From: Sphaerodactylus townsendi
Lineage: Eukaryota
Assembly (NCBI RefSeq): GCF_021028975.2
Contig: NC_059427.1
Span: forward strand, 135,222,001-135,286,000
Direction: 5' to 3'
Length of the DNA stretch: 64,000 nucleotides
Below are positions 23,501 to 35,500 of the stretch, piece after piece (within the stretch, counting starts at the first letter, position 1; each line of letters starts with the position of its first letter). The translations under genes were made by a program, and so were the position numbers. Under the pieces are notes generated by a model. It was not told where the DNA came from and searched no databases. It saw only the letters and a program-made list of their open reading frames with translations.

Positions 23501-26500
23501 CAGGTAACCTGAGAGGATTTTAAAGCTTGTTGGTTTCAAAAGCTTATTGGTTTCAAGAGCTTAATGGTTTCAGAGATGTTGTTGGCACTTCAGTTTCAAA
23601 CATTCGCAGACACACGTAGGTGTCACTTAAGAAAAGATTTTACTTCAGAAAAAGATTTGACTTTAGAGTATCACACTCCCTCTTCTGTCAGACGCTAGTC
23701 TTTCTGTACCTAACCACACTAAACCAACACACCCCAGTCTATGCCCTGTGGGATTCTGGCACACAAGCCTCCCTCTCCCACCATCCAAACTGGTCACACT
23801 GCCACTGGACTGGGCCTCCAAAGACTGGGGTTGTACTGGTTAGGACAGACTCTAGTCTGGACAGAGGTTTTCCGTCAAACACCTGAGTGGCGGGTCACTC
23901 TCCACCAAACTCAGGGCTTCCTGATGTCTCTGATAAGCTTCCTCAGCTTACAGAGTACACTGTCTGACTCCTGCCAGACCAACAGCAGTGACAGATCTCT
24001 GCTTGATCTGCTCACTCTGCCAAAACGCACCAAAAGGCACAAAGAACCAAAAGAAAAAGCCCCATAGCACTCTGGCTGACTCCTTTTATATTCTTGCCAT
24101 TTCCCTCTAGCCAATCAGGGCTGGCCAGGACTTAACCCCTTTAGGGCAGACTCTCACCCTGGAAACTGAATGCCTTATAAGGGCATTCGTCACAACAATC
24201 AACTACAAATGGTTCCATCATGTAGTATGAAATCCATTAATATGTGCCATAGTGCCAACTAAGTAATCATTCTGTAATGTTCACTCTGGCTTTTAATTCA
24301 TTAGATCATACAAACGTCACTGTATCATCCAGTGTTTGGCTAATATGTAGCACATGTTGCATGTGTGTTTCTAAAGAATGTATTTTAAATACTTTTACCT
24401 TGTGGTTTTCTGCATTCTCCATGGCAAAATATGGTGGCATTCCAGTTATAATGATTCCTAATAACACAGCTCCAAAATAAAGCACTACTGTGGAAAACGT
24501 ATCAGTGAATTCCTGCAAAACAACGGATTTGTTAGAAAAAAATGTTCCTTAACAAGATTTTATTATTCTCTTGGGCCTTGCCAGGAGCTTGTAAACATTT
24601 TTTGCTGTTGTTGTTTCTGGCTACCAACAGCAAATACTTGGTAGACCACATTACATCTAGTTGGCTATATTTGGTGTAAAGAAATTTGAGGCTTTTTCCA
24701 GATAAATATACATACACAGACACATTAGAAATGATGGTCTTCCTATAACTGAACAAGGAAAAGAGCCATTAATTCCTATATAAGCTATTATACACATGTG
24801 TGTGTGTCTTAAAATCACATATCTTGGCCCAAATAATAGCCTCACAAATGCACATAAATACAAAGGATTACTATTGACTCTAACCAGATGCATTTTGATC
24901 CATTGGCCTAACTCAGAGGTTACATAATATTAATCATTTTTATTATGATTTTTATTATGATTTTTATTATGATTTTTATTATGATAATATTAATCACAGA
25001 AGGAACCCAGACATTAAAATAGTGCATTAATAATCTAAAAATTAGACCAAGATGAGATGTAATAATAATAATTATCTATGACCAAAGGCAGAGATATAAA
25101 TCACAGTACTCTTAATATCTTACTGCCAAGGTCAGGTACTTGTATCTTTGATGGTAATTCAATTAGGTATCTTTCTCTCCTTGTCAAAAGATGAAGTGAT
25201 ATCTGGAGCCAATATTAATGGATTTGGGCACCAAGAATTATTATTATTACATCTCACACTACCGATGAATAATGGAATTGAACAGGTAGAATCTATTCTT
25301 TTCTAAGAAAAAAAATTGTCTACTTCTCTTATTTTGTCCTGTTCGGCAACTTTACAACCATCTTCGGACTTTGTATTCACTTACTTGGAAAAAAGGGCTA
25401 CTCCAGATAGTGATACTTTCCGTTACATTTAAGCTGTTCAGATACAGGTTACTAATGACGTTCAACATAACTGGTAAAGAATGTACCATAGTACGATTAA
25501 AAGCAACAGCAAAGGTGTAGCTCTGCAACAATAACAGAAATTTAACAAATTAGCTTATATACATGAAGATCTTCAACAGAGACATGGATACGCCGACTTG
25601 CAGTACATTGCTGACACAAGTACTTAGTGATGGGCTTCCCTAAAAGTGCCTGCCAAATTCTGCTTTATAAGCCTGTACAAGAGGGATTTTTTTTGTCCCA
25701 TCTAACAAAGTTCCATCTTGGTAAATAATATAAGGCCACTGCATGATTGCATATGGATAATCATGCTGCAAAACTGGAGAGCAATATTGCCCTGTGTTTC
25801 TTTTGAGCAGCAACTGCTCTGATTTGGGATTAATCTATGAAAAGCACAGTGGGTGAGGCTCCCACCACAAGCAGAGAAAGTGCAAAAATTCCTTTCTGGT
25901 ACCAACCTCTAATATACCCTGAACTTGGGGAGAGTCAAGAGGCTGCCAAATGAGTTCAAGTCTTCAAAGTGTGACCAAGTGGGAAAGCAGCAGCACAGAC
26001 TGATTTGGCTGCTGCCCAATAAACGTTTTACTGAAGTGACCAGTTATCTTTTTCTTTTGCATTACATCAGCATGATTGGATATCAGAAGGAATAGAAGGG
26101 CACAACTATTTTTATTATGAAGCTTCCTTTGTTCCTATTTGCAGAAAAATATGAGTTCAGAGTCAGTTCTTAAAGCTGACTAACAGGAAATGATCCTGAA
26201 GAATTAACACAATCCTAAAAAAGTTACGAAACAATGCTAAAGGGTGGACTGGTTGGGTTAGAGAGCTGACCGACCCTCACACTGGGATATCTCAGAGATG
26301 CACCAATGTAAGCGCCAGTATCAGTGGCTCAGGCCCCCAGCACTGCTGCACAACTCTCAGGCCCCTTTCGCACACGCAAAATAATGCGTTTTCAAACCAC
26401 TTTCACAACTGTTTGCAAGTGGATTTTGCCATTCCCCACAGCTTCAAAGAGCACTGAAAGCAGTTTGAAAGTGCATTTTTCTGCATGTGCGGAATGAGCC

Positions 26501-29500
26501 CCAGGCACGAGAACTGCTGTGCAGTGGCTGTGAACTGATGCAACTGACAGCAAACAAACATCCTTGACCATGCCCCTTTTCATCCCTGGACTCTGACAGA
26601 CACTTGGCTTGGCCATTGCTCTGGGTGGCCCCTGATTAGTCTGACTGTGCTATCCATCACAGCCTTGCTGCCTCAGCACAACGCTTCTAAGAAAAGCCGC
26701 AGCATGTTTGCTGGAGACCCTTAAATGGTTGCAGCCACTTAGCCAGCTACTGACGCTTGTTTTCTGCCAGCTGATACCTGAACAAACTCTACAGAGAGAC
26801 TAGCAGAGCCACACTTTGACTTGGCTGGCCGTCACAGCACAGGAAATCCTCAGAATTGTTCTGCCCCTGTCTTTTCCTATGATAGTCTCCAACAACAGAG
26901 AAAAAAGATCAACATCTCAAAGGTAACAGAGCTAAATGAACTAACAGAAGAGATGCTAATGGAGTTCTAAAACTATGGGTTCAGAGTCTTCTCCAGGAAG
27001 AGTAATAAACATGGCTTCTTCATGGCATATTTGACCTAAGTTCAAGACCCTTAGGAACAGTTCCCCCCTGCTTTCCTACAGCATCGCTGGGTATTCATAA
27101 TACCTCCAGGGGCTTCCCCAGCTTTCCCCCAATCGTTCTCAAATTGGTTTTACTCAAAAGTTTTGGGAAATGGCACATTAAAGTCTGGATGGCTGCTGTG
27201 TGGGTGGGAAATTCAGATTTTCCAGTCCATGTGGCATCAAGTTTTTGCTAACCTGCCTCCCTTCCCATTTTCTTCACACCACCAGTGGAGTGTTCTTTTT
27301 ACTTCTCACAAGAGTTTTGTTATATCAAAATATTGTTATAATAGTAATGTAGAAGATTCTCTGGATTCTCAGTTTGTCTGTTAAAATGCAGCCGCCAGAC
27401 TGCTTACTGGGACAGACAGTCATGATCATATAACACCGATCATACACTGGCTGCTGATCAAGTTCTGGATCATTTTCAAAGTATTAGTATTGACTTTTAA
27501 GGCCTTGAGTGATGTTGGACCCACATAATTTCAAGACCACATCTCCCCATATTGCCCTCAAGGGCCCCTCTGTTCATTAGAAGGGACCCTTTTATCTCTG
27601 CATGCGAACAAGTGACAACTACTAATGTAGTTACATTCGCCTTCAGAAAGGGAAATTTCTCAAAGATGAGGGGGATAGTGCGCAGGAAGCTGAAAGGGAA
27701 AATCAAGAGAGTCAAAAATGTCCAAGATGCTTGGAGGTTATTTAAAAACACAGTCTTAAAAGCTCAACTGGAATGTGTTCCACAGGTTAGGAAAGGCAGC
27801 GCCCAGTCCAAAAGAAAGCCACCATGGTTAACAAGGGACGTTGAGGAAATTATTAGGGAAAAAAAGATGTCTTTTAGAAAATGGAAGTCCAACTTAACTG
27901 ATAAAGAATACCAGAGAGAACACAAATGGTGGCAAAAGAGAAGCAAGTTAGCTGTAAGGGAGGCAAAAAAAGGATTATGAGGAACGCATGGCTGTGAACA
28001 TCAAAACCAGCAACAAACAGTTCTTCAAGTACATCAAAAGCAGGAAGCCAGCAAGGGAAGCGGTAGGCCCGTTAGATGACAAAGGAACAAAGGGTGTGCT
28101 AAAAGATGACAGGGAGATTGCAGAAAAGCTGAATGAATTCTTTGCATCTGTCTTCACCCAAGAGGAGGTGAGGGAAATTCCTGCACCTGAACCAAGCTTC
28201 TTAGGAGGCGAATCCGAGGAACTAGCGAAGATAGTGGTAGACAAGGAAGAAGTTCTGGCAGCCATTGATAAACTAAATGCTACCAAATCCCCTGGCCCAG
28301 ATTGCATTCACCCAAGAGTTCTTAAAGAGCTCAAGCATGAAATTGCTGATCTTCTCACTTTAATATGCAACTTATCCTTGAAATCAGGCTCCATCCCTGA
28401 AGACTGGAAGATGGCCAATGTCACACCAATCTTTAAGAAAGGATCTAGGGGGGACCCGGGAAATTACAGGCCAGTCAGTTTGACATCTGTTCCTGGTAAA
28501 TTAGTAGAATCTGTCATTAAAGATAAAATTATAAAACATGTACAAAAGCAAAACCTGCTGAGAAAGAGTCAGCATGGCTTTTGCAGAGGCAAATCCTGTC
28601 TTACAAACTTACTAGAGTTCTTTGAGGATGTAAATAGGCAGGTGGATAAGGGGGAACCAGTGAACATTGTCTACTTGGATTTCCAAAAGGCTTTGACAAA
28701 GTTCCTCACCAGAGACTATTGAGAAAACTCAGCAATGAAGGAATAAGAGGGGAAGTCCTCCTATGGATTAAAAACTGGTTGAGAAACAGGAAGCAAAGAG
28801 TGGGTGTAAATGGGAAATTCTCACAATGGAGAGATGTGGGGAGTGGTGTCCCCCAGGATCCGTATTGGGACCAGTGCTCTTTAACCTATTCATAAATGAC
28901 CTGGAAGTAGGGGTGGGTAGCGTGGTGGCCAAGTTTGCAGATGATACCAAATTATGTAGGGTGGTGAGAACCACAAGGATTGCGAGGAGCTCCAAGCGGA
29001 CCTTGATAAATTAGGTGAGTGGGCTAAGAAATGGCAAATGCAGTTCAATGTAGCAAAATGCAAAGTGATGCACATAGGGGCAAAAAAATCCAAACTTCAC
29101 ATACACGCTACAGGGGTCAGTGCGATCAGTCACGGAGCAGGAGAGGGATTTGGGCCCCGTAGTTGATAGTTCCATGGGAATGTCAACTCAATGTATGGCA
29201 GCTGTGAAAAAGGCAAACTCTATGCTGGGGATAATCAGGAAAGGAATTGATAATAAAACTGCAAAGATTGTCATGCCCTTATATAAACCATTAGATGCGA
29301 CCACACTTGGAGTACTGTGTTCAGTTCTGGTCGCCACATCTCAAAAAAGGATATTGAAGAGATAGAAAAAGTGCAGAGAAGGGCAACGAGGATGATTGAG
29401 GGACTGGAGCACCTTCCTTATGAGGAAAGGCTGCAGCGTTTGGGACTCTTTAGTTTGGAGAGGAGACGTCTGAGGGGGGGATATGATTGAAGTCTATAAA

Positions 29501-32500
29501 ATTATGCATGGGGTAGAAAATGTTGACAGAGAGAAATTTTTCTCTCTTTCTCACAACACTAGAACCAGGGGGCATTCATTGAAAATGCTGGGGGGAAGAA
29601 TTAGAACTAATAAAAGGAAACACTTCTTCACGCAACGTGTGATTGGTGTTTGGAATATGCTGCCACAGGAGGTGGTGATGGCCGCTAACCTGGATAGCTT
29701 TAAAAGGGGCTTGGACAGATTTATGGAGGAGAAGTCAATTTATGGCTACCAATCTTGATCCTCTTTGATCTGAGATTGCAAATGCCTTAACAGTCCAGGT
29801 GCTCGGGAGCAACAGCCGCAGAAGGCCATTGCTTTCACATCCTACATGTGAACTCCCAAAGGCACCTGGTGGGCCACTGCGAGTAGCAGAGAGCTGGACT
29901 AGATGGACTCTGGTCTGATCCAGCTGGCTTGTTCTTATGTTCTTATGTTCTTTTGTCAATCCTGGTCCCAAAAGACATATGGCTGGCTTTGACAAGAGCC
30001 AGGGCTTTTTTGGTCCTGGCTTTGGCCTGGTGGAACAAGTTGCCAGTGGATGTCAGAGCCCTGCAAGAGCTTTCGCAGTTCTTCAGGGCCTGCGTGACCT
30101 GGCTGTTCCACCAGGCCTTTTCCATCTAGCCAGCCGGATGGAACAGAATATAGTCATCTTATTTCGGCCTCCAGGACCAGGAGAAGGGAACAGGGTGATC
30201 TGGAAGGACTATACCTTGCCATCTGTTTTTCTAATGTATAACTGTGATTGGGCATCTACAGTAATATTGTTTTAATTTTTGTATGGTTTTATTTTAAAAT
30301 ATTTTAATGAATTGTATTAATTGTTGTAACCCGCCCTGAGCCCTGCAGCGATAGGGTGGGATATAAATTCGAATAAATAAATAATTTTTTTTTTGCTTTA
30401 TAGTGCTCAAGAACCACAAAGACTGTGAATCTTCTTTGCTTCCCTTCTTCCCAACAGCCATTTCCATCTCCAGAGCTACAGTGAAGGAACAGGAAAAAGG
30501 GAGCAATTTTGCCCCTTTCCCTTTCCTCACGGCAGTCCACTGATTTGCGTAGCTGTTATTCCACATGGATCCCGTGACCCCCAGGAATCACCTTTCCTGG
30601 GGTCAGAAATGGCTTTCCCTTCCCAAGAAGCCCCACGACCATCAGTACTTTCTACTGACAGATTATGGAAGCTAGTCCATTTACTTGCTGTTCTGTAAGA
30701 TGTTGCTGTTGTAGTTGTTTTGAACCAAGGACTTTAGTTACAAGTTAACTTTTTCCCAATATAAAAAAACCCTCAACTTGTGAAAGGACAAAGAAAATAG
30801 CCAGGAAAATCCTGGAGCTCTTAATTTGAAAAAATGTCTTTAAAGCTAAACAAGTCTTATTATTTTTAAAGGGACTAAACTGGTATATTCCTACAAGCCA
30901 CTAGTAATGACAAGTGGTTACAAGCTTTTATTTCCCTTTAGGTGGGAAAAGACTGTAGAAGTTAATTGCTTGTCACAGTTTAGTAGCTTTGGACCTGGAG
31001 CGGCTGGGTAAATTCCACATTTCTCACGGAGGCAGCTGTTTTGACCCATTCTGCCACAATCACAAATAATGACTAAGAAGAAATATTAAGCAGGTCTACT
31101 CAGAATCTTCCCCATGAGTCTACTCCCAGGAAAGTGTTCTTAGGATGTCATTATAATAAGCCCAGACAAGACCTGTGGACTCAGGATAATGTAGGTAGTA
31201 GCAAACATATTATAAAGGCCCACAACAAGGAGGCTTATGTGACAGCTTCCTTGCACCAAAAGGCATGTTTAGTGCAAAAGACTTTACCAAATCTACATAA
31301 TGTGATTTCCTCCAGAACTGATGTTTATTGTAAGTTGGCTGTTTTTAAGGAATGCTTTATTTTAGATTTACATTGCTATTTTTATGTTTTCATGTTTATT
31401 GTTTCATTCATTGATTCCTGTTTTAAGCCTTTATAGTTTTCATGGGTCAGTACACTTTCTTATTGTTTTCATCTGTTTTTATCTATGTCACTTAGACCAC
31501 TTGCTTAGAAGACAGCTCATAAGTACATGAAAGTTAGGCATAATAATAACAATCCCTTATTCCTTCCCTGTCCAGGACAAGTAATTACATAAAACATGCA
31601 TTTTTCTCACATTGCCTGTACGAAACACATTTATTGCTGCACTGTGTGGGGCAATTGAAACGTAACTACTTCCATTCAATATTGTATTGTGGTGCACAGA
31701 TGATACATAATCACTGCCATTGAAGATCTCTGTCAGTATATTCTGGCTTCTAAGTGATCTGATGATGTCTTCAATATCTGACTCTAAATTAAGACAATGA
31801 AGAAAGTAATGTATTAGTACCACACATGCAGAGACACTTTGTGCACAGAGCTCTGGACATGCACAAGCTTTCAAATTCTCCTTTCATATTTCCCCCTCCT
31901 CCATTATTTCCTTTCCTTTCCATAGCCTCCTCCCTTTTCCTGCTTTCTTACCACATAGTATTATCTTCCCTGTCTTCAGTTTTCCCTCCTTCCCTCTCCG
32001 TAGCAGCCTCTCTCTGGGAAAATTCTGACCAACCTGAGCAGTGTTAATCAACAGTCTGAGTCTAGTGTTGGCAAAGCTGGACCCATTTGCACAGTGGGGA
32101 GCCTGTCAGGACTTGGAGGAGGTAAATTCTGCTTCCCCATACTACTTCCTCTTTCCCGTCTACTGGAAGCCCTCATATTATTTATTTCACTTATACCATG
32201 CCTTTCTTTGCTATGGGGACCCTAAGCAGTTTACATCATTTCCCTCTCTTATTTTATCTTCACAACCACCCTGCAAGGTAGCTCAGAGTGTGTGATTGGT
32301 CAAGGCTAACCTGTGAACTTTGATGGTAGAGTGGGGATCCAAACCTGGGTCTCTCTGATCTTAGCCTGAAATTATAGCCAGTGTACTACACGGGTTATTA
32401 TGGAGTGGCTACTGTTGAACAGCAGCAAACAGGAGGAGCTGGGTGAGTCATGAAAACCATGTGATAGCAACCCAGTGGTTGCTGTGGGTCAGTCCTATCT

Positions 32501-35500
32501 CACAGGACAAAACAGTGCCCTGGAAAGGGCCCTGCCCCGCCCTCCCGGCCGCCATTTACTGACATAAACCAAGGCTTGAAGGCTGGCAAATTTTGATGGT
32601 TTTACTCAGCGTGGCCACAGAGGGCATTCGTTTCTTAAAACTACAGGCAATGGTTTGATTATTTTGGAGGGTTTTAACCTCTTTTTTAAAAAAGGTATTA
32701 GATTTTTCTGCAGACCCAGGACTTTTCTCAAGTTTGCAGAAAGATCAGTCTTGCCTTTCCATGGTCCCAATCTCTGGATAAGCATCCACAGATTTGACCA
32801 TGTTGAGAATTATATATTTTGACTTGATGTATATGATATATATCATATAACATTGCAGAGTTCTAGGGATGAGAAAAGATCTTATGTTTATCAAACTGAA
32901 AGTGCCTTGTACAAGAATTACACCTCAAGAACCTGTAGCTAGTAACCAGCTGAGATTGCCACGCTGCCTAGTGAATTTGGGGGGGGGGGGGGGCGCAGAA
33001 AGCTACTGAAATGAATAACAATGACTGATTAAAGTTAAAATGCACATGCTTCTTACCTGTGGAATTCTGAACAAGGAGACTTGTTTTGTACTTGTGATAA
33101 ACATCTTTTGGCTTAAGGAAGTACAGGTCAGGGGAGAGTTTGACAGGTAGCACAGCATTTTTTAAGTAATGGCGTATAAGAAACAAAAGAATCTGAACAA
33201 GAAGAAACAATGTGAACAGCGAGAACCTAAAAGAAAAGGAAAACGGTAACAAATTACATACAAATTAGCTAAACAGTGGCTCTTCTTTAGATCCTTTACA
33301 AGCATTCTTTGCATCCTTTACAAGCATTCTGCGAAATATCCCTCCCATCTTTTGACTAGGTTAAAAACTCAGATCTCCACTTCTGTTCTCCTGTGTCTGA
33401 CGTAGGAATCTTTGACTCTCAAAAGTTTACACCCTAAAACTTTTGTCGGTCTCTAACTGTTCTACTACAGACCAACAAGACAACTCTCTGAAATCTGAAA
33501 TACTTACACTGCAGTTGCCGATTTAATTTCACGTTGTAAACTAAGGAAATGAACCTTTGCCATAGTTAAGACCTGCTTTCTCCATAGAGACTTATTGCTT
33601 ACTGCACAAGATTTTGTTTCAGATAATATCAGCAGGCTTTGTTCTAATTCACTGATAGATTTGGCATCTAGTTCATCTTCAGCTTGCTGTGGATTAAATA
33701 CACTGAAATCTAGAAAAGATAAGAAAACCGGTCAGGTATGTAAAATGTGAACTGATACTTGATGCTCTATTAGTTAAAATTGTCTATAGCATACTAAAGT
33801 TACAATCCTATGTATCCTTTATTTATTTATTTATTTATTTTATTTATTTATTGTATTTATAAACCGCCCACCCCCGAAAGGGCTCAGGGCGGCGAACAGA
33901 ACAAACAAATAGAGCACAAGTAAAATCAAAGTTAAATATAGCTCTATATGCTAAAATTAACCCCATTAAAATGCAGCATCCTAATATCAAAATTAACGAT
34001 GGCGACCTACTAGCAATCCCCTAAAAAGAAAAAGGGGAGGAGAAGGGAGGGGGGGAACGGCAGGGTCCACAGATGTTATAAGACAGGAGGGGGGGGCATC
34101 AGCTGCCGGACCCCCCGAAGGCCCGGTGGAACAGCTCCGTCTTGCAGACCCTGCGAAATTCTTTAAGATCCCGCAGGGCCCGCGTAGCTGGAGGTAGAGT
34201 GTTCCACCAGGCAGGGGCCAGAGCTGTAAAAGCTCTGGCCTGAGTGGAGGTCAGCCGCATCATTGAGGGGCTAGGGATCACCAGCAAATTTGCCTCTGCT
34301 GAGCGCAGAGGCCGATTCGGGACATGTGGGGCAAGACGGTCCAGTAGGTACGGAGGTCCCAGGCCGCGCAAGGCCTTGGAAGTAATTTCTATGGAACTCA
34401 AAGGGATTTAGTTCCAGATGCATAAAAACAAGTTTAGCCTACAAATGGGTATACAGTACAGTTCTTTTGTACTTTCCAGGAGGAAAACAAAAGTGGCGTG
34501 ATTAAAGAAATGAATCAAAACATATTTAAAATCTGGCTTCAGAAAAAAAAGTCTAGTACAAGATGATACGTAACGATCTTCAAATGAGTTAAGAAAAAGG
34601 AGATGTTGTATCACTGTCAGAAATGCATAAAAATCATATTAGCAATTTGATCATAATAATCATAAGAAAACATAATACGAGCTAATTATAGCTGTTTGTC
34701 ACCTGCTTGGTCAATTTCAGCTTCAACTTCAAGCTTGAGGAATACATCTTCCAAGGTTGTCATGGAAACCCCATAAGAGATGAAACCCAAGTGAGAATGA
34801 GTATCAAGATCAGAAAATAAAGCTAGAAGAGAAATGGAAACATGTTAAGTCACTTCTTGGAAATAAAATTATATTTCCTTGCAAACACACTGCTTCAGTT
34901 CCTTAAATTGTTTAGTGTAGCACCAACAATGATTCCTATATCACTATGTTCTGTAAGTACATTAGGAGTCTAATGCCACCAGAATAGGAGATTGACACTC
35001 CTAGATTACAATAATTATAACACTGTCTATAAGGAATGAACGGAGTTTTTTTGCTAAATTTTGGAAAAAGTTTTCCCTATCATCAAAGTTTAAAAATATT
35101 TTCCTCTAGAGGAAGTAAACCTCAAGATTATATACATAAGTATGACAATCTAGAGAGAAACTGTTGGGGTTTACACACCCATCCAAAAGTGGGGGAAATC
35201 TGCCAGTGGGAGTGGTGCAGGGTCACCCTGGCAGATTTGCCTCCTTGGGGCACTTGCCCCGGCAAAGGGCTGAATCTGCTGGTGAGCAGCCACAATGACC
35301 CTCCCCACTGGTGGAACATGGCTCTGGCACTGCGCCAGTGTTCCCGTGCCCTTGCCGCCATTGTGGGGGTGATCCAGCATTGTGGTCAGGGGAAGAGCCA
35401 ATGCGAGTCAGATTCCACCCGATTGGCCGGTGGACATGCTGGCTCCTGGACTTATGCCACCTTTTGGTGGTGTAAGTCCATGGGATCTCTATGAAGGGCT

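Noticed and set aside
33035-33056. Equivalent of the mammalian half-transporter splice variant using a donor 16 nt downstream (from memory; exon assignment uncertain)
   Set aside because: There is no GT at intron positions +17/+18 (GTAAGAAGCATGTGCATT).
33395-33495. Second Penelope-type hammerhead remnant (ctgacgtagg...ctcaaaagttt)
   Set aside because: Both core boxes are mutated and it is antisense to the gene.
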